Shown here: positions 43,081 through 51,409 of the stretch, one piece after another
How positions within the stretch are numbered: position 1 is the first letter of the stretch
Layout: each line of letters starts with the position of its first letter
Assembly: GCA_037189525.1 (NCBI GenBank)
Contig: JBBCJC010000001.1
Span: forward strand, 224,001-288,000
Length of the DNA: 64,000 bases
Reading direction: 5' to 3'
Source of the DNA: Gemmatimonadales bacterium
Lineage (GTDB): Bacteria; Gemmatimonadota; Gemmatimonadetes; Gemmatimonadales; GWC2-71-9
The notes under the pieces: model-generated
Database searches by the model: none
Told to the model about the DNA's origin: nothing
Seen by the model: only the letters and a program-made list of their open reading frames with translations
Position numbers and translations under genes: made by a program

Positions 43081-46000
43081 TCAGTACTCCAGGCGCAGGC
43101 CGACCCGAATGCTGCGAGGATCGCCTCGCCGGGCCAGAAGAGAACCGAAGTTGGGGTTCGCGATGAGAGGCAGGTTCACGACGCCGGAGCCTCCCGACCC
43201 GATCGAGCCCGCCGGATCGATCAGCACCAGAGCGCGATCGACGACGCCCGTCTCGGTCGCCACCAGATTGAAGGCATCGACCGTCAGGGCCAGCCGATCG
43301 CCGAGCGCACCGACCGGCAACCCGACCGACAAGCTCAGGTCGAGGGCCTGGTGCGTCTTTTCCCGGCAGCTGTTCCGAAGTGCGAAGCTACCGTTGATTC
43401 CGCCGTCGCAGCTGGCGCCGCGCAGCGCGACATCGAGGCCGCTCACCGCACTCGCCAGATAGGCCGGATCATTTCGCCCGGACCCGTCGCCATTGACGTC
43501 CACACCGGCACGGAACCCCGGCGTGAAGGGGAGACCCGATCGCACCCGGTAGCGCGCCGAAACCGTCAGCGGGTTGCGGCCGCCGCTCGACACGCGAAGC
43601 TGCGCAAAACCGCGATGTGGGACGTCGAAGTCCGACCGTCCATTCGACCAATCAGCCCCGTTCAACCCTTCCGGGAACGGATTGAGCTGATCGGTCGGAT
43701 CGGCCGACCGGGCGCCGATCAGATTGTCTTCCGTCTTCGAGAACGTGTACGACGCCACCAGCGCCACCCGACCGCTCAGCCGCTGCTCGAGCAGAGCGCC
43801 GACCTCGTAGTAGTCGACAAAACCGGTGGGAGAGAGTCCGCTGACGAGATCGAAATCGGCGAAACGGCGATTGGACCCGGGGGCGGCAACCACGAGGCCG
43901 CCCTGTTGGATCAGCGAACCGTAGAGAGGACGCCCTTCCTGGGTCGCTCCGACCGCCGTCTGGAAACGATTCAGATCCTCCCGCCGGAGGAGATAATCGG
44001 TATGGTGATACGCGCCGGAGAGGTGGAGTGTACCCGTCCCGATCCGGCGGCTGATCCCGAAGTCGAACTTGGCGGTGCGCGGCGACCGGATCGTCGAATT
44101 GAGCATCGTCAGGCGGGTACCCGCATCCGGCGCGGCGGCCGCATCCGGCAGCGCCGGCCAGGCTGCAAAACTGCCCACGCCGCGGCGCACGGTCACGTCG
44201 CGATCGAACAGCATGGCTTCGGCAAACGCGGCGCGGTCGATCGGCGCGGCATGGAGACCACCGCCACCCCGAACGACCCACTCACCCCAGTTCTGCACGT
44301 CCCAGACGAACCCGACGCGCGGCGACACGTGGATGCCATTCTTATAGACGGAATCCCGCGAGACGGTCCCGGCCTCCCAGGCGGGATCGACCGCGAGCTT
44401 CTCGACGGGCAGGGTAAAGCGGTCGATCCGCGCCCCCATCAGCAACTGCAATTCTGGCGACACCAGCCAGGTATTCTGGAGAAAGGCGCCGATCTGCGCC
44501 GTGCTGAATCGGGCGGCCTCCGAGGGGCCGACGACCTGCGAGAAGACGCCCTGCCCCACACCGAATCCGTCGACCGATCCGAAGAGGAACGATCCGCTTG
44601 CTCCGTAGCGATAGTCCTGGGTGTAGTCCAAGACGCTAACGCCGCCACCCAGCTTGATGCGATGCGCACCAGCCTCGATCTGAAAGGCCGTCGTCGCTTC
44701 GAACGCCTTCTGATCGAACAGGGCGGGCAGTCCCTCGGACCGTCCGAAGGCCGCACCATTGCTCACGATCGAGGTTCCCGGCAGCGCCGAGCTGCCATAC
44801 TCGCGCCGAGCCAGGTTGAAACCGACCCGTAACTCGTTCGAGAGCGTGCCACCGCTGCTGGTCAGCGAGAGCGCCGCCGATGCATCGCGCGCGGCAAGCG
44901 CGCTGCCGGCGCCGGAGACGAGATCGTCTCCCAGGACAAAGGCTCGTTCTTTCCAGCTTGCCAGGCCGGCACGCACCGACACCTGATGGACGCTGCCAAG
45001 CCGCCAATCGACTCGGCCGGCGCCACTGCCGCCCTTCCAGGTCCGCACCGAGGGCGCCACCAGTCCCCCGATGGTCGTTCCGAACGAATCGGCCGCAATC
45101 GCGGGCAGGACCTCCCGGAGCGAAACCGCCTGCCCCCGGTACGTCGCATCATCCTGCGACCACGGCAACGCGGTGGGTGTTTCCACCGACTGATAATCGA
45201 AGCGCAGCGCGAAGTGCGCCGTATCGCGAACGATCGGTCCGCTCATGAAGGCGCCGGCCCGCAGGGTCAGCGCCGCGCTGTCGGCAGGATTGTCGAGCGC
45301 GCGGCTGCCCAGCGCACCGGAACTGGCGCTGACGTAGGGCTGGAAGAGGAATCGGTTTCCGCCGCGGCGGGTCTGTGCAGCAATCGTCGGCCCGAGCGAG
45401 CTGCGCCACTCGACGTCGACCGGGGCGCTGAGCAGCGTCACCTGGTCGAGTCCGTCGCGCGCAAAGACCGGCGAGACCGCCGGCTGGTCCGGCCACCCCG
45501 GATGGGCCAGCGAGCCCTCCGACACGCCGTCGACGACCAGCCGGGTCCGTCCCCCGGGCAAACCGCCGCCCGCGAGTGCCAGACCCGGCCGTCCATCGAC
45601 CGGAGCGAGCAGCTCCGTCAGGTTGCCGCCCAAATCCGACAGATCACGGCGGCCCTCATGCGAGGTCAACTCCGCCCGACTGACCAGGCGCGCCCGCGCC
45701 ATCCCGGACGGCGTGGCCGGCTCGACCTGCTCCTCCACCGCCACGATGGGCGGAGGACGCCGCTCGAGCACCACGCGAATCGCCGTCTGTTGGCCAGCGG
45801 CAACCGTCACCCCGACGCGGCGGATCGGCTGAAATCCGACCTGCTCGACCAAAACCCGGTACTCACCGGCCGCCACCAGTTGCAATGCGAAGGTACCGTT
45901 GAACCCGGTCTGAAATACCCCGACCGCGCCCCCGGTGGCCGTTTCAATCGTGATCTGCGCCCCGTTGATCGGGCCGCCATCGACGCCGACGACGACACCC

Positions 46001-46113
46001 TGCAACGATCCCGACGTCAGGCTCTGTGCGGCAAGGGGCACCGCCAAGCCGGTCATGGCCAACCACACCGCGAGCCGGACCCGAACGATCTTCCAGCGCT
46101 GGGACAGAGACAT
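43081..46113 (-). CDS. TonB-dependent receptor-like outer-membrane protein (Oar-type, N-terminal carboxypeptidase-regulatory-like domain)
   Basis: Signal peptide, GSLQGVV...GEYRV, amphipathic beta-strands (SPRVGFVWD, DAFNL) and C-terminal PRSIRVGLRLEY. ATG 46113 follows AGGA. Confidence 0.85.
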   Translation of the reverse strand: MSLSQRWKIVRVRLAVWLAMTGLAVPLAAQSLTSGSLQGVVVGVDGGPINGAQITIETATGGAVGVFQTGFNGTFALQLVAAGEYRVLVEQVGFQPIRRVGVTVAAGQQTAIRVVLERRPPPIVAVEEQVEPATPSGMARARLVSRAELTSHEGRRDLSDLGGNLTELLAPVDGRPGLALAGGGLPGGRTRLVVDGVSEGSLAHPGWPDQPAVSPVFARDGLDQVTLLSAPVDVEWRSSLGPTIAAQTRRGGNRFLFQPYVSASSGALGSRALDNPADSAALTLRAGAFMSGPIVRDTAHFALRFDYQSVETPTALPWSQDDATYRGQAVSLREVLPAIAADSFGTTIGGLVAPSVRTWKGGSGAGRVDWRLGSVHQVSVRAGLASWKERAFVLGDDLVSGAGSALAARDASAALSLTSSGGTLSNELRVGFNLARREYGSSALPGTSIVSNGAAFGRSEGLPALFDQKAFEATTAFQIEAGAHRIKLGGGVSVLDYTQDYRYGASGSFLFGSVDGFGVGQGVFSQVVGPSEAARFSTAQIGAFLQNTWLVSPELQLLMGARIDRFTLPVEKLAVDPAWEAGTVSRDSVYKNGIHVSPRVGFVWDVQNWGEWVVRGGGGLHAAPIDRAAFAEAMLFDRDVTVRRGVGSFAAWPALPDAAAAPDAGTRLTMLNSTIRSPRTAKFDFGISRRIGTGTLHLSGAYHHTDYLLRREDLNRFQTAVGATQEGRPLYGSLIQQGGLVVAAPGSNRRFADFDLVSGLSPTGFVDYYEVGALLEQRLSGRVALVASYTFSKTEDNLIGARSADPTDQLNPFPEGLNGADWSNGRSDFDVPHRGFAQLRVSSGGRNPLTVSARYRVRSGLPFTPGFRAGVDVNGDGSGRNDPAYLASAVSGLDVALRGASCDGGINGSFALRNSCREKTHQALDLSLSVGLPVGALGDRLALTVDAFNLVATETGVVDRALVLIDPAGSIGSGGSGVVNLPLIANPNFGSLLARRGDPRSIRVGLRLEY

Positions 46114-46178
46114 AGCGTTCCTAAGGATGTCTGGTACTCGTTCCGGACAATGGCATTGCCCTAGAGCCAACAATTATC

Positions 46179-46194
46179 TGCAGAAGCAATGCCA
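46179..46194 (-). promoter_or_regulatory. Sigma-54 promoter motif for the TonB-receptor-led operon
   Basis: Minus strand TGGCAT-TGCTT-CTGCA (GG-N10-GC), about 65 nt upstream of ATG 46113. Confidence 0.55.
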
Positions 46195-46335
46195 CAGGAA
46201 CCCGATCGCCTGTTGCACGCTCAACGCACAGTAGCCACCATCAATCGTTGCGTCAACGCAACATGCGGCGTGCCCCGATGCGACATCCACACCCCCCGTC
46301 CGGACCCGCCGATGGCGAGTTAGAATACCTCTCTC

Positions 46336-47598
46336 ATGCGCGCCCTGACGTTTCGAAGCCGGGTTTCCCTCGTGCTGCTCCTGCTCGGAGCGCCGTCGGC
46401 TTTTGCCCTGCTCGGATGGGCCTACTCATCGCTCACCAGTAATCCGGGCGCCCCGGCCCAGATCGTCATCCAGCCCCTGCGGCAATCGGGACGCGATCTC
46501 TTCGCCACGCTCGATACCACCCGGCTCACCCCCGCCGAACACCAGGCCGTTCAGGCACATCGCGACGTGCTGAGCCGGCAGCTGGCCCTGTCGCAACGGG
46601 CCGAGTTCTATCAGAGCCGGCTGACCCGAGGGCTCGCCATCGTGCTGGCGGCCATCGGGTCGGTGCTGGTTGTGTTCGCGGCCCTGCTGGGCCACAATCT
46701 GGCCCGGCAGCTGAGCGAGCCGATCGACAACCTGGTCGGCTGGGCCGGCCGGATTCAGCGCAACGAACCCCTGCCCGACGATCCCCCCAAGGCCGGCGCA
46801 CCCGAGTTCGCCTCCCTCCGCACCGCGCTCCGCGATATGGCGGACGGGCTCTCGAAAGCCCGCCGAGCTGAGCTCGAGTCCGAACGCCTGCGGGCCTTCC
46901 GGGAAGTGGCCCGCCGGGTGGCGCACGAGATGAAGAATCCGCTCACCCCGATCCGTTTCGCGGTGTCCTCGCTGGGCCGGACCGCCACCAATGATCAGGA
47001 GGAAGCGCTCGACGTGCTCCGGGCCGAATCGACCCGACTGGAACAACTGGCCCGGGATTTTGCCAATCTGGGCCGGCTCCCCGAGGGGCCACCGGCCGAG
47101 GTGGACCTGGGCGAATTGCTGAACGAGTTGCTCCGCACCTCGCTGCCGGAAACGGTCGAGGGACACCTCTGGGTCGACCCCGCGACGCCGCACGTGACCG
47201 GTCACTACGATTCGCTCCGGCGCGCGCTGGCCAATCTGCTGCGGAATGCCTCGGAGGCCATGCACGGCGAGGGCCGCATCGACGTGACGATCCGTCCATG
47301 GGATGGCGGGGTTCGTGTGTCAATCGCGGACCAGGGGCCCGGCATTGCCCGAGAGAAGCGCAGCCGGATCTTCGAGCCCTATTTCACGGAAAAAGCCGAC
47401 GGCACGGGACTCGGCCTGGCGATCGTCAAGCAGGCCATCGATCTCCACCAGGGCACCATCGACGTTGGAGAAACCGAGGGCGGCGGCGCCACCATGGTGA
47501 TCTGGCTGCCGCTGACCTCGGAAAGCGCCCGGGCGCGACCGGCCGACCGACCATTCGTAGAACGCCGTGTGGCCGACCGGCGAAGGAACTGGCGATGA
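46336..47598 (+). CDS. HAMP-domain sensor histidine kinase (NtrY-like)
   Basis: Two TM helices. H-box VAHEMKNPLTPI, N-box NLLRNASEA, DQGPG, FEPYFT, GTGLGL. Confidence 0.93.
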   Translation: MRALTFRSRVSLVLLLLGAPSAFALLGWAYSSLTSNPGAPAQIVIQPLRQSGRDLFATLDTTRLTPAEHQAVQAHRDVLSRQLALSQRAEFYQSRLTRGLAIVLAAIGSVLVVFAALLGHNLARQLSEPIDNLVGWAGRIQRNEPLPDDPPKAGAPEFASLRTALRDMADGLSKARRAELESERLRAFREVARRVAHEMKNPLTPIRFAVSSLGRTATNDQEEALDVLRAESTRLEQLARDFANLGRLPEGPPAEVDLGELLNELLRTSLPETVEGHLWVDPATPHVTGHYDSLRRALANLLRNASEAMHGEGRIDVTIRPWDGGVRVSIADQGPGIAREKRSRIFEPYFTEKADGTGLGLAIVKQAIDLHQGTIDVGETEGGGATMVIWLPLTSESARARPADRPFVERRVADRRRNWR

Positions 47599-48971
47599 CG
47601 ACACGCATTCTGATCGTCGATGACGAGGCCAACATCCGGCGCATGCTTGGTGCGCTGCTCAAGGCCGAAGGATTCGACGTGGCCGAGGCTCCCAATGGCA
47701 ACGCGGCGCTGCTGACGCTGGACGAGGTCCGCCCGGACGCCATCCTGCTCGACCTGATGATGCCGCCCGGCCCCGACGGGATCGAGACGCTGGCCTCGAT
47801 CCGGGACCGCGACCCCGTCACCCCGGTCATCATGATGAGCGGCAAAGCGCAGCTGACGGACGCGGTGCGCGCCATCAAACACGGCGCCTTCCAGTTTCTG
47901 GAAAAGCCGCTGACCCCGGAAGCCGTGCTGGTGACGATCCGCTCCGCCCTGGAGCTGACCCGCACCCAGGCCGAGAACCGGGTCCTCAAATCGCAGCTGT
48001 CGCGGACCCGGGCCGAACTGATCGGGACCACGGCGGAAATGCAGCGGGTCCGCGCCGCCGTGACCCAGGTGGCCCCCACCGAAGCCCGGGTGCTGATCCT
48101 CGGCGAATCGGGCACCGGCAAGGAACTGGTTGCCAACGCGATCCATGCCGCGAGTCGGCGGGGGGGCCGCCCCATCGTATCGGTGAACTGCGCCGCCATT
48201 CCGCGCGACCTGGTCGAGAGCGAGATGTTCGGCCACGAGCGGGGCGCCTTTACCGGCGCGGTGGAACGCCGGATGGGCCGCTTCGAAATGGCCGACGGCG
48301 GCACCCTGTTCCTGGACGAGGTGGGCGACCTCAACCTCGAAGCCCAGGCCAAGCTGCTTCGCGTCCTCGAAACCGGCGAGATCCAACGGCTCGGCGCCGA
48401 GCGCGTCAAGCGGGTCGACGTGCGAATCGTCTCCGCCACCAATCAGCGGCTCGACGAAGCCGTAGCGGCCGGCACCTTTCGCGAGGATCTCTTTTTCCGG
48501 CTCAACGTCTTCCCGATCGAATTGCCACCGCTCCGCCATCGGCTCGACGATCTGCCGGACCTGGTCCGCTACCTGGCCGATCGCCTCCGGGGGCACCTGG
48601 CGCCGACCTTCACCACCGACGCCCTGGCGCTCCTGGGCTCGTACCACTGGCCCGGCAACATCCGCGAACTGGCCAACGTGGTCGAACGGTTGTCCATCAT
48701 CGGCGGCGCCGAGATCGACTCGGCGTCGGTCCGTCAGGTCCTGCCGCGAACGGCGCCGAAGGTCGAAGGGCACACCGGTCCCGACCATCCGTTCGGCCTG
48801 CCCGGCGACCATCAGGGCCGCTCGCTCTCGAACCTGCTCGACGACTACGAGCGCGCCCTGGTCCAGGACGCGCTGGCCCGCGCCTCGGGCAACGTGGCCG
48901 AAGCCGCGCGGGCGCTGCAGACCGACCGGGCCAATCTCTATCGCCGGATGAAACGGTTGGGGCTCTCATGA
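47595..48971 (+). CDS. Sigma-54-dependent response regulator (NtrC/NtrX family)
   Basis: ATG 47595 overlaps the kinase stop. Receiver ILIVDDE/LLD, Walker A GESGTGKE, intact GAFTGA, FLDEV, WPGNIREL and a Fis-type HTH. Confidence 0.95.
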   Translation: MTTRILIVDDEANIRRMLGALLKAEGFDVAEAPNGNAALLTLDEVRPDAILLDLMMPPGPDGIETLASIRDRDPVTPVIMMSGKAQLTDAVRAIKHGAFQFLEKPLTPEAVLVTIRSALELTRTQAENRVLKSQLSRTRAELIGTTAEMQRVRAAVTQVAPTEARVLILGESGTGKELVANAIHAASRRGGRPIVSVNCAAIPRDLVESEMFGHERGAFTGAVERRMGRFEMADGGTLFLDEVGDLNLEAQAKLLRVLETGEIQRLGAERVKRVDVRIVSATNQRLDEAVAAGTFREDLFFRLNVFPIELPPLRHRLDDLPDLVRYLADRLRGHLAPTFTTDALALLGSYHWPGNIRELANVVERLSIIGGAEIDSASVRQVLPRTAPKVEGHTGPDHPFGLPGDHQGRSLSNLLDDYERALVQDALARASGNVAEAARALQTDRANLYRRMKRLGLS

Positions 48972-50719
48972 GCGGCCGCCTCCGCTGGCTCCGCATCGGC
49001 GCGCTCCTGCTGGCGCTATTATGCCCGGCGCGCGCCGCGCTGGCCCAGGACAGCGTGGTGGTGATCCACCCCGACGCCGTCGACGAGCCCGCGGAAGGCG
49101 CGCTGCCGCCCGAAGTGGTGCAGCAGCTGATCAACGCCTACAACGACAGCACCACGACGCGCCTGGCGAGCAGCTTTACCCTTCCCGCCGGCGCCCGGAT
49201 GGAAGGGCGGATCGCGATGTACCGGGGCACCCTCCGGGTGCTCGGCCGGATCGACGGTCCGGTCACCGTCATCAACGGCGATCTGATCATCGGGCCGGGC
49301 GGCACGGTGCGCGGTTCGGTACTGGTGGTCGGCGGACGGATCTACGTCCGCGATGGCGGCCGGCTCGACGGCGACCAGAAAACCTATGATGCGCTGGCCG
49401 CGGTGTACCGGATGCCTAACGGCCTGCTGGTGCTTCGCGAACGCCGCCGGCCGCTCGGTGAGCTGGCGGCCGCCCACACCGAGTTCCAGACCGGCGCCCT
49501 CAACACCCGGCTGACCCTGGAAACCGGCAAGACCTACAATCGGGTCGAAGGTCTCCCGATCGTCTTCGGACCGACCTTCCGAAGCGAGGGCAGCCCCGGA
49601 CTCGATGTCCAGCTCGACGTCCGCGGCATTTTCCGCCCGGCGACCGACCGCACCAAGCTGCGCGACAACATCGGATTCCGGATCGCGACCGAATGGCAGA
49701 TCGGCAGCGACCGTCGCTGGCTCCGCATCGGTGGTCGCGCCTCCCGGGAAATCGTCTCGATCGAGCAGCAGCCGCTGACCCGGGGCGAATCGGGCTGGTC
49801 GGCGTTCCTGCTCCAGCGCGACTACCGCGACCACTTCGAGACCCGCGGATTCGAGGGATACCTGACCGTCGAGCCCCTCTCCCGCTTGCAGCTGAGCTAC
49901 GGGCTGCGCAGCGACCTGGAACGCTCGGTCCCGGCCAGCGACCCGGTCTCGGTCTTCCGGAATCGGGATACCTGGCGACCCAACCCGCTGATCGACGACG
50001 GCCACTATCTGACCCACCGGCTGGGCCTGTCGTACGACACGCGCAACGATCCCGCCGACCCGTCCAACGGCTGGCTGGTGTCGGCCCACTACGAGCGGAG
50101 CCACACCGACGACGCTTCGCCGGTGTCGCTGCCCGCGGCCGTTCGGCCGCCGATCCTGCCCGGCCGCTATCAGTTTGCCACGCTGGCGTTCGACATCCGC
50201 CGCTACGCGCGGTTCGACCCCAAGAGCCGGGTCAACGCCCGCCTGGTGGGCGCCGGGTGGGTCGACGGGGATCCGCTGCCGATTCAGCGCCGGGTCTCCC
50301 TGGGCGGTCCCGACATCCTCCCCGGCTTCGGATTTCGCGCCCAGAATTGCGCGCCCCAGGGATTCGTCGACCCCACGCAAGCTGCGCTGTGCGACCGGAT
50401 GCTGGCCCTGCAACTCGAGGTCCGGCGCAACCTGCCCTTGCCGCTGCCGCTCCGGCTCCGGAACGCCGACCTGGCCATGCTGCAGCAGTTGCTCGGCATC
50501 CAGCAGGCGGACCTGGTCCTGCTCGGCAATGTCGGCAAGGCATGGCTGTCGGGTGAAGGACCGGGCCGAGTGCCCAACAACCGGATTCCACGCTTCGACG
50601 AGTGGGATGCGGATGTGGGGGTCGGGATCGATGCGGGCGGACTCGCGGTCTACCTGGCCAAACCGCTCGCGGTGAACGACAAGTTCCGCGTCATCCTGCG
50701 ACTCGAGCGGCGTTTCTGA
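48968..50719 (+). CDS. Outer-membrane beta-barrel (BamA/TamA-like) with N-terminal bactofilin-like beta-helix
   Basis: Signal peptide. G-rich repeats (GRIDGPVTVINGDLIIGPGGTVRGSVLVVGG), YNRVEGL, YDTRND...PSNGW, LGGPDILPGF and a terminal Phe. Confidence 0.7.
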   Translation: MSGRLRWLRIGALLLALLCPARAALAQDSVVVIHPDAVDEPAEGALPPEVVQQLINAYNDSTTTRLASSFTLPAGARMEGRIAMYRGTLRVLGRIDGPVTVINGDLIIGPGGTVRGSVLVVGGRIYVRDGGRLDGDQKTYDALAAVYRMPNGLLVLRERRRPLGELAAAHTEFQTGALNTRLTLETGKTYNRVEGLPIVFGPTFRSEGSPGLDVQLDVRGIFRPATDRTKLRDNIGFRIATEWQIGSDRRWLRIGGRASREIVSIEQQPLTRGESGWSAFLLQRDYRDHFETRGFEGYLTVEPLSRLQLSYGLRSDLERSVPASDPVSVFRNRDTWRPNPLIDDGHYLTHRLGLSYDTRNDPADPSNGWLVSAHYERSHTDDASPVSLPAAVRPPILPGRYQFATLAFDIRRYARFDPKSRVNARLVGAGWVDGDPLPIQRRVSLGGPDILPGFGFRAQNCAPQGFVDPTQAALCDRMLALQLEVRRNLPLPLPLRLRNADLAMLQQLLGIQQADLVLLGNVGKAWLSGEGPGRVPNNRIPRFDEWDADVGVGIDAGGLAVYLAKPLAVNDKFRVILRLERRF

Positions 50720-51402
50720 TGCGGCGTACGCTCCTCGCTCTGGCTCTCCTGGCCGTACCTGGCCTGGCCGCGCATGCCCAGGAAACGGGGCAGCGCCCGG
50801 CCGTCTCCCTCTCGATGGCGCTCGACTCGACGCTGCAGAGCAACGGGGCGCGGATGCCGATCGTCTATCTGCGCAATCTGCTGGTCGACGAGCGATGGAA
50901 CGAGGCGCTGGAGAAGTCGCTGCCGCTGATCGTGTCCTACACGATGCAGACCTGGCGGTCGCGCGACGGATGGATCGACGAGCTGGCGAGCGAGACGAGC
51001 TGGCAGACGATCGTAACGAAGGAGCCGCTGCAGGAGGAGTTCACGGTGACGCTGGTGGTCGCCAACCGCCGGCTGCGTCCGTCCCGGTTTGCCCTCCGCG
51101 AGGCCGCCGACCGCTACCTCAACCTGCCCCAGCGGATTGCGATTTACCCGAGGCGGGACGGGCGGTTCTACTACACGGTGTCGGCGCGGATCACGGCGCT
51201 ATCGGACCGGGACATCGACCAGTTGGAACGGTTCCTGGCCGGCGACCCGACGCTGGACATTCCCGAACCCGGTACGACGGTGGGACGAGGGATTCGGCGC
51301 TTCCTGCTCCGCCTGGCCGGCATGCCGAACCAGGTGCTGCAGGCACGCAGCGAGCAGTTTCAGGTCCAGCACGATGATGACGACGAGGACGATGCCCTCT
51401 GA
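50719..51402 (+). CDS. Secreted hypothetical protein, DUF4390-like
   Basis: ATG 50719 overlaps the upstream stop. Signal peptide. EALEKSLPL...WRSRDGWIDE pattern resembles DUF4390. Acidic tail. Confidence 0.55.
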   Translation: MRRTLLALALLAVPGLAAHAQETGQRPAVSLSMALDSTLQSNGARMPIVYLRNLLVDERWNEALEKSLPLIVSYTMQTWRSRDGWIDELASETSWQTIVTKEPLQEEFTVTLVVANRRLRPSRFALREAADRYLNLPQRIAIYPRRDGRFYYTVSARITALSDRDIDQLERFLAGDPTLDIPEPGTTVGRGIRRFLLRLAGMPNQVLQARSEQFQVQHDDDDEDDAL

Positions 51403-51409
51403 GCACGGT

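Noticed and set aside
42004..44832. 942-aa plus-strand ORF, and other long antisense ORFs such as 55251..57488, 15264..17171 and 7410..9161
   Set aside because: They lie antisense to genes with clear family motifs, and their Arg/Ala/Gly-rich translations have no motifs. These are shadow ORFs typical of high-GC DNA.
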